Positions 49,433 to 57,852 of a stretch of DNA of 57,852 bases are shown here, one piece after another. A program made the translations under genes and the position numbers. The stretch lies in the IMG/VR virus record IMGVR_UViG_3300042402_005186, positions 1-57,852 of that record; one strand, given 5' to 3'. Source of the stretch: a virus. Its lineage: Duplodnaviria; Caudoviricetes. Within the stretch, counting starts at the first letter, position 1, and every line of letters starts with the position of its first letter. The notes below the pieces were generated by a model, which saw nothing but the letters and a program-made list of their open reading frames with translations, did not search any database and had not been told where the DNA came from.

Positions 49433-50709
49433 TATACGCCTCCAACAGTTCCGGTTCCTCTAGCTGACTCTGGTCCATTTTCACTATAATTATTTTCCCT
49501 TCTTTTATCATAGTCGGCTTTCGTAACAATTTCAGTTTCGGTGAATGATAAGGTCATTCGTATGCTGACTGGGCTACCTGTTCTTCCTGGTTTTGGTTCG
49601 CTTGCATCCGAAGGGACTTCATATGCAGTAAAACCGGAAGGAGCATAATCTACATTTATATTCGTCAATACACAAGTGGATATTTTGGGTATATTTGGAT
49701 TTTGAAAACCATTATAGAAAAATTCAATATCGAATTCGGAGGGAGGAACTAAAAAATAACCAGCAGTACCTTCTGCAAGTTCAGGAGCTTGATGAAAATA
49801 TAATCTCTGTATTATTTTATAAACCTCAAAAGCCTCTTTTTCACTTCTAGGATTAAAAACGAAATCGAATCTAAATGACCTAAAACTAGGTTTGGTATAA
49901 ATCAACTCCATCATTGGATTTTGAACAACACCAAAAGCACTTGCGAAAATCGCTTGAACTGAATTGCGCCCAAAAGACTCTAGAGCATTTCTGGCTGCAA
50001 CCCCAATAAATGGAGATAAGTTAGTCGTTAATTGTCGTTCATCTATTCTTCCGCGCGAATAATCTGAAATGATCGATCCCAATGAAGAGAATCCCGCTAT
50101 TGGTTCTCCGCCCATTTCCAAACCGCTGTATTGTTGATCGTGAGAAAACGCGAGCGTATCAGGCATGTAAAGAGCGATACTATCTTTCGTTCTTTTTATC
50201 GTTCTCAAAAAATTCACATTACTAAGTGGACTTTCAGTCAAAGCACCAGAAACACCCTGTGTAATATTTCTAATTAAAGCATTATCAGTAATTTTGGATG
50301 ACTGAGAAATCAAATTTAATGCGGCTTTACCAACGGAAGTTTGAGCGTCTACTTTTGTTCCCCAAGTTGCGGCGTCGTACTCAGAATACTCTACATTTTT
50401 TCTCAACTCACCTACGGTTCCGCCAGCCCATGCGCCAAGACTATCCAGAACATTTCCTATGTTTCCGCCAACGCTTACTCGATTTTTACTTTTGAATATG
50501 GAAGGAAGATTGCTGGGATCTAAATTAGAAACATAACTTGATTTTTCTTGAGTGTTTATATGAATCAACATATAGTGCCCTTTATCGGCACTCCCAACAT
50601 CAATTGGATATTTTAAAACATCAGTTGAATAATTATCGGAAACGTTCTTAAATTTTCTAAACTCATCTTTCACATAACGAATATCTTTGAGATTGAATAG
50701 TGATGGCAT
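49432..50709 (-). CDS. gp48: Baseplate tail-tube cap
   Basis: Motifs IALYMP, NPMMELIY..P.FRSFRF.F.F.PRS..EA and CVLTNINVDY. Confidence 0.88.
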   Translation of the reverse strand: MPSLFNLKDIRYVKDEFRKFKNVSDNYSTDVLKYPIDVGSADKGHYMLIHINTQEKSSYVSNLDPSNLPSIFKSKNRVSVGGNIGNVLDSLGAWAGGTVGELRKNVEYSEYDAATWGTKVDAQTSVGKAALNLISQSSKITDNALIRNITQGVSGALTESPLSNVNFLRTIKRTKDSIALYMPDTLAFSHDQQYSGLEMGGEPIAGFSSLGSIISDYSRGRIDERQLTTNLSPFIGVAARNALESFGRNSVQAIFASAFGVVQNPMMELIYTKPSFRSFRFDFVFNPRSEKEAFEVYKIIQRLYFHQAPELAEGTAGYFLVPPSEFDIEFFYNGFQNPNIPKISTCVLTNINVDYAPSGFTAYEVPSDASEPKPGRTGSPVSIRMTLSFTETEIVTKADYDKRRENNYSENGPESARGTGTVGGV

Positions 50710-50733
50710 AGCCTATCCTAAAAGTTGACTATA

Positions 50734-50741
50734 TATTTATA
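50734..50741 (-). promoter_or_regulatory. T4 late promoter consensus TATAAATA at the head of the leftward structural block
   Basis: Exact consensus 24 nt upstream of the gp48 ATG, at the divergence point. Confidence 0.75.
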
Positions 50742-51190
50742 TGTCATACGGAAAGAATACATACAAAGGGTGGTTTAACCCGCAAAACCCCAAAAAATAC
50801 AACGGAAACCCCGAAAATATCATTTATCGATCCTCTTGGGAATTACGCTGTATGAAGTATTTTGATGATCATCCAGAGATCATTTGGTGGTCATCAGAAG
50901 AGCTGGCTATTCCATATATCTCTCCAGTTGATGGAAAGAGACATAGATACTTTCCAGATTTCATCATCAAAGTAAAACGAAAAGATGATACCGTAATGAC
51001 CTATGTAATCGAGGTCAAACCAGAAGCACAGACAAGAAAACCAGTACAAAGAAAGAAAACTAAGAAGTTTCTACAAGAAGCAGCAACATATGCCATTAAT
51101 CAAATGAAGTGGAAAGCTGCTGATGAATTCTGCCATGAACATGGATGGCAATTCAAGATACTGACTGAGAAGGATATTGGTATCAACTGA
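50741..51190 (+). CDS. gp4: Head completion protein (TnsA-like nuclease fold)
   Basis: Motifs YRSSWE, WSSEE, HRYFPDF, EVKP and NQMKWKAA. Confidence 0.93.
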   Translation: MSYGKNTYKGWFNPQNPKKYNGNPENIIYRSSWELRCMKYFDDHPEIIWWSSEELAIPYISPVDGKRHRYFPDFIIKVKRKDDTVMTYVIEVKPEAQTRKPVQRKKTKKFLQEAATYAINQMKWKAADEFCHEHGWQFKILTEKDIGIN

Positions 51191-51248
51191 ACCCAGGACA
51201 CCAATACTTATACAAAAACTACAGAAAAAAGTCGGTTATAATAAGGCA

Positions 51249-51256
51249 AATAAATA
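51249..51256 (+). promoter_or_regulatory. Late promoter-like motif (AATAAATA) 5 nt upstream of the gp2 ATG
   Basis: Intergenic nATAAATA. Confidence 0.55.
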
Positions 51257-51261
51257 GCATC

Positions 51262-51840
51262 ATGGCTTACCTAATGGATCGAATCAGTCAACAGTTATTG
51301 AAAACTGGGTATCAAGCTCGCTCTCGGCAAGCTAGGGATTGGTTACGCACAAAACTTCCAGACTTGAAACCAACCCCACAAAAACTGATGCAAGATAGAG
51401 AAAGAAAGACTTCATCCCATTTTATTGGGCATATGTACTTTTTCTACTACGATCCGAAAACGAAAGAAACGCTGCCATATTACGATAGGTTCCCTTTGGT
51501 GATACCAATTCAACTATACCCAGACGGTTTTCTAGGGCTGAATCTGCATTATATTCACCCAAAGCAGCGAATCATTCTTTTAGATAAGTTAAGTGAACTT
51601 GCAACAGATAATCGTTTTGATATGCAGACAAGACTCAGAATAAACTATCAAGTTCTAAGAGCGTTTTCTAAAGCATATGAAGCAACACCATGTGTGAAGA
51701 GATATCTTTCAAATCATGTTCAGTCTAGATTTGTTGAAATATTTGGGGATGAGTGGGATATTGCAGCATTATTACCAGTTGAGCAGTTTGAAAAAGCGTC
51801 CACAAGCAAAGTCTGGGCAGACTCAAGGAAGAAATTCTAA
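51262..51840 (+). CDS. gp2: DNA end protector protein
   Basis: Motifs YDPKTKETLPYYDRFPL and GLNLHY. Confidence 0.93.
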   Translation: MAYLMDRISQQLLKTGYQARSRQARDWLRTKLPDLKPTPQKLMQDRERKTSSHFIGHMYFFYYDPKTKETLPYYDRFPLVIPIQLYPDGFLGLNLHYIHPKQRIILLDKLSELATDNRFDMQTRLRINYQVLRAFSKAYEATPCVKRYLSNHVQSRFVEIFGDEWDIAALLPVEQFEKASTSKVWADSRKKF

Positions 51841-52610
51841 TGTCATTCTTACCGCAACTATTTTATTCAAATATAAACGCAAAAGACGGATTGGCGAGAC
51901 CGAGCCGTTTTCAAGTCGTTTTACCTATACCAAAATATATTAGCGAATTTGTCGAAACTAGCGTTATCGAAAGATTGTTAAATTTACCGAATTCGATATT
52001 TTCTGATATTACCGCAAAAGTAATCGGCGATAATGAGGTGGGAAAAAGTTTCGATCCAACAATCAGTAGATATCTCGCTCTGCAATGTGAGGCAGCAGAA
52101 TTGCCAGGCAAAGCATTACAAACTATAGAAACGAAAGTGTATGGACCTACATTTCAAGTTCCATATCTCGCTTCTTACGGTGATACGTCCTTCACATTCA
52201 TTTGTACGAATGACTTTTATGAGAGAAAACTTTTTGATAGATGGTTAGAAGCAATCGTACCAAATGATACTCATAATCCTAGATTTGCTCGTGGTGAACG
52301 AACACGATTTTTGTCCGATATAAAAATAATTCAGTACAATGATTTTTTCAAACAAATATATGCTGTAAATTTAATTGATGCTTTTCCAAAAAGTATTACT
52401 GCACAAAATTTAAGTTGGTCCGATGACGGATTTCATAGATTGACAGTTCAGTTTGCATATCAAAAATATGAAACAATTTACAGAGGCGCCTATGATACTA
52501 GCTCAATTGCTGCGGCTCTTGTCGGTGCAGGGATTGCAGGAACACCAACTGGAAAAGCATTGCAAGCACTTGCGAAAGGAACATTGGCTGAGGTAAAACA
52601 ACTTTTTTAA
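51840..52610 (+). CDS. Tail-tube-fold baseplate protein (gp54/gp19-like tube initiator)
   Basis: Motifs GLARPSRFQV, CEAAELPG, DAFPKSI and LTVQFAY. Confidence 0.75.
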   Translation: MSFLPQLFYSNINAKDGLARPSRFQVVLPIPKYISEFVETSVIERLLNLPNSIFSDITAKVIGDNEVGKSFDPTISRYLALQCEAAELPGKALQTIETKVYGPTFQVPYLASYGDTSFTFICTNDFYERKLFDRWLEAIVPNDTHNPRFARGERTRFLSDIKIIQYNDFFKQIYAVNLIDAFPKSITAQNLSWSDDGFHRLTVQFAYQKYETIYRGAYDTSSIAAALVGAGIAGTPTGKALQALAKGTLAEVKQLF

Positions 52611-52625
52611 TTATTTGGAGTTTTT

Positions 52626-53366
52626 ATGTTACCCAAAATTGATGTGCCGATATATGAACTGAAATTACCTCTTTGTAAAAAGAAAATTAAGTTCAGACCA
52701 TTTCTAGTAAAGGAAGAAAAAATATTATTGATGGCAATGGAATCTGATGATCAAGATGCAATATTATTAGCGATTAAACAAATTATCAATAACTGTATCG
52801 TTTCTAAGATAAACATAGACGATTTGCCAATATTAGATTTTGAGTATTTGTTCATGCACTTAAGGGCAAGATCAGTCGGCGAAATGATCGATCTTCAATA
52901 CAAATGCAATAATGATGTTGGTGAAGAAAATGGGGAAAAAATTAAATGTAATAATCTTGTGAAACTAAGTTTTAATGCTCTTGAAGTCGAACCAGATTTG
53001 AAAAGCGTGAATGAAAAAATTGAACTCACTTCGAATCTTGGTGTTGTGTTGAAGTACCCAACGTTTAAGGGAATTGAAAAACTCAATAGAGAAAATGCTC
53101 CAGCTTCTGCTGCTGAAATTGTAGCGAGAACTATAATTAATTCGATTGATTACATTTATGACAAAGAGAACGTTTATTATGCAAAAGATGTTCCAGAAGA
53201 AGAGTTGATTGAATTTGTTGATAGTTTAACGAGAGAACAGTTTTTGAAGATACAAGAATTTTTCGATAATCTTCCTAAATTAAAAAAAGACCTGTCTTTC
53301 ACTTGCCCAAAATGTAAGTATGAAGAACAGATTGTTGTAGAAGGAATCCAAAGTTTTTTCGGATAA
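52626..53366 (+). CDS. gp26: Baseplate hub assembly chaperone
   Basis: Motifs MLPKI..P.YEL.LP, FRPFLVKEEKILL, LRARSVGE, CPKC and terminal EGIQSFF. Confidence 0.92.
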   Translation: MLPKIDVPIYELKLPLCKKKIKFRPFLVKEEKILLMAMESDDQDAILLAIKQIINNCIVSKINIDDLPILDFEYLFMHLRARSVGEMIDLQYKCNNDVGEENGEKIKCNNLVKLSFNALEVEPDLKSVNEKIELTSNLGVVLKYPTFKGIEKLNRENAPASAAEIVARTIINSIDYIYDKENVYYAKDVPEEELIEFVDSLTREQFLKIQEFFDNLPKLKKDLSFTCPKCKYEEQIVVEGIQSFFG

Positions 53367-53563
53367 TTTTTCGTTATGATACTTTGGCAAATTATTTTCA
53401 AACAAACTTCGCGCTAATGCAACATCACAAATATAGTTTAGCAGAGTTAGAAAATATGATGCCGTGGGAAAAAACAGTTTATGTAAGTATGCTTCTCAAA
53501 TATATTGAAGAGGAAAATGAGAAGATTAAACAACAAAATTTAGCTAGAAGAAGGCAACAATAA
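53360..53563 (+). CDS. gp51: Baseplate hub assembly catalyst, probably reached by -1 frameshift from gp26
   Basis: Manual translation: RIIFRYDTLANYFQTNFALMQHHKYSLAELENMMPWEKTVYVSML...QQ*. The first in-frame ATG (53417) lies inside the region I recognise as conserved. Not in the ORF track. Confidence 0.85.
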   Translation, partial: RIIFRYDTLANYFQTNFALMQHHKYSLAELENMMPWEKTVYVSMLLKYIEEENEKIKQQNLARRRQQ

Positions 53564-55599
53564 TGGCAACTAAATTTTCTTCCATATACAAACAAGAACT
53601 TAAATCTAGAGGCGCACTCGAATCTCTGGGCTCTACTGTAGTCAAGTCTATGGCGGAACGAGTAGATTTGAGAAATGTATTATTTGGTGGTAAAGGTTTT
53701 GTAGCGAAAACTGGAAGAAGAATATTTGGTAAAGGTTATGATCCAATTGACCGAGCAAGAAAAATAACACCTGATTCTTCAGCAGCAGTTGCCGCAGTTG
53801 CATCTCTACAAGAATCGAATAAAAGACAAGAAGATGCACTGAAAGTTATTGTCAAAAACACTATGAACATGAATATGATGGCGAGAGACATGAACATCAC
53901 TCGCCAAAATATTGCTTCATTGACAAAAGCGGTAACGGGAAAATCTTCTAGAGGTGCTGATGCTCTTTGGATGAATGCTGAGAGAAGAAATAAACTAATA
54001 AGTGGTGGAACAGATGGATCTAATATGCTTTCACCAACAAAAACTGGCGGATCTACAGGTTCTATATTATCCGGAGTTCTAGGTGGCGTAATGGGTATCG
54101 GTGGTTCGATAGGATCGGGAATTTTTAGAGCACTCGGATCAATCATAGCAATATCTCCAATACTCGGAATCGTAGGAATCGCAGCAGCAGGTTATGCAAT
54201 TAAAAAGATGGGTGAGAGTATCGATTTTTCTGGAATTTTCGATTCAATTAAAACTAATATATTAAACTTTTTAGGAATAGATCCGAAATCTGATACACCG
54301 ATAATGAAACAATTAGCGGCTAGATTAGATGGAATTTTTTCGACGGATAAGTTCACTAGCATTTATGATTGGGTCGGTAAAAACTTTGGTGAAGATTTTA
54401 AGAAAATAGGAAAAATGATTTCCGATACAACAAAAGAAATCATGATTTATTCTGAGTCGGCGTTTAGAGTTTTAGGAAACGGTTTTGCAAAGTTAGGGGA
54501 AATCTTCGCATTTCATTTCGGACAATTCATCAATCAATATAAACCTGAATTGCTTGCTACCTTAGGAGCTTCAATAGGGGCATCAGTTGGAAGTATCTTT
54601 GGAATTAAAGGAGCTGCTTTAGGAGGACTAATAGGTGCCGGTGCAGGATACATTATGAGTAAAGTTACCGGAAGTAGAACAGAAGAAGACGTTCAATCTG
54701 ATATAGAAAAAAGTAAAGCCCAAAGAGAGGAATTGTTACGACAAATACAAATAGAAGAAGGAAAATTACCTTCGAAAAAAGAAGGCCAGGAATATAAACA
54801 ACGATTTGAAAAAATACAAGGAATGAGAAGGGAGTTGTTATCTGTAGAAGATAGAATTGGAATTTATGGGGAAGAACTAATTCAAGGAAAAGAAAAGGTT
54901 GAATCATTAAGATTGAATATGAAGAACTTAGGATTCACCGGAGAAAATTATACGCAACAACTTGAAGAAGTCAGAAAAAAATATGAATCGTCTACCTATC
55001 CAGAAAGAATTTCTTCACCAACAGAAATGGCAGCATTAATTTATAAAAAATTTACTGAGAAGGGATATTCAGACATACAAGCAAGAGCCGCTATTATAAA
55101 TGCCATGGCGGAGTCTAACTTAAATCCTTATGCTCAAAATTCTACTGGAAAAGAAGAGAGTTACGGGCTATTTCAAATTAATAGAAAAGCTCATCCATCT
55201 TTCTCTAAAGAGCAACTTTTAAATCCAGAAGGTAACATTGATGCTATATTAAAAATAATGGAAACAGATTATAAAAAATATGGGGCTGAATTCAAAACTT
55301 TAAATAATTTAGATGAAGCTACGAAATATTTCATGACACATATCGAAAGACCTCGATTGAGTGCGGAAGAAACAGAAAGAAGATTATCTTTAATGAATAA
55401 AATCCCTGCTGGTTCCGTGGACTTAGGAAGTAGAATGTTAGCTGAATCTTACAGATCAGGAGGAGAACAATCTGCTCCTGTAATTCAAAACATCAATAAC
55501 AATAATGTAACAAAAGCTGCTCCACAGTCGCAACAAGTACCAGGAGCATTTAATCATGAAATTACTGAACTCTTGATGGGCTTAGCAATAGGTCGATAG
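53563..55599 (+). CDS. Tape-measure-like protein with C-terminal tail lysozyme/transglycosylase domain
   Basis: Helical, with two Gly-rich hydrophobic segments and a coiled coil, then AIINAMAESNLNP...SYGLFQIN (lysozyme-like). Follows gp26/gp51. Confidence 0.7.
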   Translation: MATKFSSIYKQELKSRGALESLGSTVVKSMAERVDLRNVLFGGKGFVAKTGRRIFGKGYDPIDRARKITPDSSAAVAAVASLQESNKRQEDALKVIVKNTMNMNMMARDMNITRQNIASLTKAVTGKSSRGADALWMNAERRNKLISGGTDGSNMLSPTKTGGSTGSILSGVLGGVMGIGGSIGSGIFRALGSIIAISPILGIVGIAAAGYAIKKMGESIDFSGIFDSIKTNILNFLGIDPKSDTPIMKQLAARLDGIFSTDKFTSIYDWVGKNFGEDFKKIGKMISDTTKEIMIYSESAFRVLGNGFAKLGEIFAFHFGQFINQYKPELLATLGASIGASVGSIFGIKGAALGGLIGAGAGYIMSKVTGSRTEEDVQSDIEKSKAQREELLRQIQIEEGKLPSKKEGQEYKQRFEKIQGMRRELLSVEDRIGIYGEELIQGKEKVESLRLNMKNLGFTGENYTQQLEEVRKKYESSTYPERISSPTEMAALIYKKFTEKGYSDIQARAAIINAMAESNLNPYAQNSTGKEESYGLFQINRKAHPSFSKEQLLNPEGNIDAILKIMETDYKKYGAEFKTLNNLDEATKYFMTHIERPRLSAEETERRLSLMNKIPAGSVDLGSRMLAESYRSGGEQSAPVIQNINNNNVTKAAPQSQQVPGAFNHEITELLMGLAIGR

Positions 55600-55600
55600 T

Positions 55601-55631
55601 AAAAACCCCGCTTTTGGCGGGGTTTCTTTTT
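55601..55631. terminator. Bidirectional intrinsic terminator
   Basis: AAACCCCGC-TTTTG-GCGGGGTTT hairpin flanked by A and T runs, between convergent genes. Confidence 0.9.
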
Positions 55632-56512
55632 TACTCTTCTTCTGCTAAAGATTTGAAGAAATTCAAATCCTCATCATCAGCACTAGATGGAATATTTACT
55701 CCACCTTTAGCTTTGACAACTGGAATCTCAGCGTCTTCAGCACGAGATTGTGCTACAACTCCCTCGAAACCAAGAACTTTCTCTAGACGAGCCTTCAGTG
55801 CTTCATGAGACTTAAAGTTTTTCTTATCTAGAAAATCTTTAAGTGAATGCTCTTGCGAATAAATCTTTTCGAGCTTAGAATCATCACCATCAAGCAGAGC
55901 AGATTTATCTGCAAACTCTGATTTGTCATAGTTGCGATAACCTTCAACATTGCGAATTTTTAGTTTGAAGTTGGCGCCTTCCCACATATCAAACGGATTC
56001 AATGGCTCTTCATCAGCAAACTCGGGATTCATTGCTTCGGTGATTTTGTCGAAGATTTTTTTACCAAATTTGAAGAGTCGAACAGTTCCTTCATTTTCAG
56101 GATTTGAAGGATCAGAAATTACATAAACATTAGCAACATAACTTAGTTTGCGCTTTTGCTTACGAACAATTTCTTTATTAGCTTCGATACCAGAATTCCA
56201 GAGAGCGTTATTATGCTCACACACTGGACACTTCTCATTCAAAGTAGTCAAACAGTTATCGATGAACCATCCGCCGGGTCCTTGAAAACCGTGACTGAAT
56301 GTGCGAATCCAAGGAAGACCATCATCACCATCTACTGAAGGTGCTGGTAGAAAGCGAATAATAGCCATGCCATTACCTGACTTATCTACACTTGGTTGCC
56401 AGAATCGGGTATCGTCTTTTGAGCCAGCTTCTGCGGCTTGTGTGGTAGTCTCAATTGCTTTCGTAAGTTTTTCGAGACTGTTGCGGTTGCGTTTCAAATT
56501 TGCAAAACTCAT
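55631..56512 (-). CDS. gp32: Single-stranded DNA-binding protein
   Basis: Motifs DTRFW, IRFLP, HGFQGPGGWFIDNCLTT, CPVC, GANFKLK and NYDKSEF, plus an acidic tail. Confidence 0.97.
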   Translation of the reverse strand: MSFANLKRNRNSLEKLTKAIETTTQAAEAGSKDDTRFWQPSVDKSGNGMAIIRFLPAPSVDGDDGLPWIRTFSHGFQGPGGWFIDNCLTTLNEKCPVCEHNNALWNSGIEANKEIVRKQKRKLSYVANVYVISDPSNPENEGTVRLFKFGKKIFDKITEAMNPEFADEEPLNPFDMWEGANFKLKIRNVEGYRNYDKSEFADKSALLDGDDSKLEKIYSQEHSLKDFLDKKNFKSHEALKARLEKVLGFEGVVAQSRAEDAEIPVVKAKGGVNIPSSADDEDLNFFKSLAEEE

Positions 56513-56583
56513 ATTATTTCCTTTCGTATGTCGTAGTATAAACGGAGTATGTTTTGTTATCCACAGTATGCATTATGTGAATG

Positions 56584-56591
56584 TATTTATG
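56584..56591 (-). promoter_or_regulatory. Late promoter-like motif (CATAAATA) upstream of gp32
   Basis: nATAAATA overlapping the upstream stop. Confidence 0.45.
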
Positions 56592-57093
56592 CGCTCGGGC
56601 GTCCAGGGCGAATAATTTCACTTACTAATGCCATTGTTTCATCAACATCAGTGTGTAAAATTCCATGTCCACCTGCTGCATTGAATGCATCGATAATTTC
56701 TGGTGTATCATCAATCAAAATTGTATCGGGTGTCGCATATTGTGCTTTATAAGACCTGCCAGGTACAATGTTTGCTTTAAAGAAAACACCATTTTTATTT
56801 AACCAATACATTTTTTGCTCTTTCACCTGTTCATGAAATTCCAGTCCGCCAGATGATGAAAGAATCTCTAAATTTTCCGCTCTCTGAGTTAGGAATACCA
56901 AACGTGCTAAGAGAGATCGTCCACCTGGAAACCAATCTAGCGTTTTGAATTGTTCAGTGGTCACAAATTGTTGCCAATTGACTGACCATGCTTTATCGTC
57001 TCTCTCTTCACGATGAAGAGGTCCGAACATAGATTCATAGCGCGATTGAAAATCACAAAGTACGCCATCCATGTCTAAGTAAACTTTTTTCAT
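56587..57093 (-). CDS. HAD-superfamily 5'(3')-nucleotidase-like protein
   Basis: Motif I YLDMDGVL, motif II ILSS, a Lys residue and motif IV LIDD. Confidence 0.85.
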   Translation of the reverse strand: MKKVYLDMDGVLCDFQSRYESMFGPLHREERDDKAWSVNWQQFVTTEQFKTLDWFPGGRSLLARLVFLTQRAENLEILSSSGGLEFHEQVKEQKMYWLNKNGVFFKANIVPGRSYKAQYATPDTILIDDTPEIIDAFNAAGGHGILHTDVDETMALVSEIIRPGRPSA

Positions 57094-57671
57094 TGTAGTC
57101 CTTCTAGTGCAAGTTTTCTGAATTTTGTTTTATCAAACTCTATAAAGGGAGTATAGCACACCCACTTCTTAAATACAAGAGGCCAGCGAATTGTATCCGT
57201 TATTTTCCGGTTCCATACCGGTAAGAAATTCGCAAATGAATTTAGAATACATACCGTCTCATCAGATACCTCTTCCCTATTTGCGAGAGTCAAAAGTAGG
57301 GGATAATCACCATTAGTTTTCAAAACACTATTGAAATCTGAAGTTTCTCTTATTTTCTGGCAATCATTTCGAAAGTGATAAGAAAGAGATTGTATTCTTG
57401 CCATTCGCGCCATGTGTATTTCTTTAGATGAATCTGCAAGCAAATTGCCAGCCCAAATGTTAGACTCTTTTAATAGACTTGAAATGACAAATTGTTTAAA
57501 TTCTTCATGATCATATTTTCTCGACAATTTATAAAAATGATATTTGTCTTTCCTCTTTTCGAAAGAATCTATCTTAATATTACATTTACCATTATATTTG
57601 AAGTAATCGTAGCTAGTGGTAAAATGCAACTTCAAAACGTGAAATATACTGAAGGCTTCATAACCAGTCAT
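57090..57671 (-). CDS. gp59: Helicase loader
   Basis: Motifs LKLHFT..YDYFKYNGK and FEKRKDKYHFYKLSRK. Lies in the gp33-gp59-gp32 gene order. Confidence 0.9.
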   Translation of the reverse strand: MTGYEAFSIFHVLKLHFTTSYDYFKYNGKCNIKIDSFEKRKDKYHFYKLSRKYDHEEFKQFVISSLLKESNIWAGNLLADSSKEIHMARMARIQSLSYHFRNDCQKIRETSDFNSVLKTNGDYPLLLTLANREEVSDETVCILNSFANFLPVWNRKITDTIRWPLVFKKWVCYTPFIEFDKTKFRKLALEGLQ

Positions 57672-57852
57672 ATTGGAAGTCTGTGTGTTTTTGGAAGCAT
57701 ATTGAGTTCTTGTGCATCGATTTCGATTTTAGCTTTCAAGTCTTTATTGACAAGTGTTGAAGCTACTTCGATTTCCATGCCAGTTCGATTACAATATTCA
57801 ACGATTGCTTCCATGTAATTGTAATCAGTACCAGAGACAATACTTTCTATCT
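57668..57852 (-). CDS. gp33: Late transcription coactivator (3' part, truncated by window edge)
   Basis: Manual translation ...IESIVSGTDYNYMEAIVEYCNRTGMEIEVASTLVNKDLKAKIEIDAQELNMLPKTHRLPI*. ATGA overlap with gp59. Confidence 0.85.
   Translation of the reverse strand, partial: IESIVSGTDYNYMEAIVEYCNRTGMEIEVASTLVNKDLKAKIEIDAQELNMLPKTHRLPI

Noticed and set aside
50741-51190. TnsA-like nuclease as a transposon or homing endonuclease
   Set aside because: It matches T4 gp4 in its usual position next to gp2, with no terminal repeats or transposase.
1-57852. Stop-codon reassignment, introns/inteins, tRNA or rRNA genes
   Set aside because: Core genes are intact and of normal length in the standard code, with TAA, TGA and TAG all used as stops. 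Intergenic gaps are too short for RNA genes and none was recognised by eye.

Overview
This window is a gene-dense, AT-rich segment of a T4-like myovirus, covering the virion morphogenesis block and the start of the replication block. The minus strand runs, reading right to left: gp48, gp53, hub, a split gp5, gp25, gp6, gp7, gp8, a large DUF4815-type virion protein, fibre genes, three collagen-like fibre genes, four modifying enzymes, gp13-gp16, Dps, gp17-gp20, core proteins and gp21. A short plus-strand block (gp4, gp2, gp54-like, gp26, gp51, tape-measure-like) converges on gp32, a HAD nucleotidase, gp59 and gp33. The main candidate for a new system is 11381-22697. There, three paralogous, almost charge-free collagen (Gly-X-Y) fibre genes with S74 self-cleaving chaperones are followed directly by two 2OG-Fe(II) oxygenases, a glycosyltransferase-TPR-oxygenase fusion and a glycosyltransferase-methyltransferase fusion. 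This looks like a phage-encoded collagen hydroxylation/glycosylation pathway (inference). The second highlight is a T TTT TTC slippery site at the end of gp26 that leads in the -1 frame into a gp51 ORF lacking an ATG at its apparent N-terminus, directly upstream of the tape-measure-like gene, as in the lambda G/GT frameshift. All calls come from motif reading and gene order. No database searches were run and the host cannot be determined.
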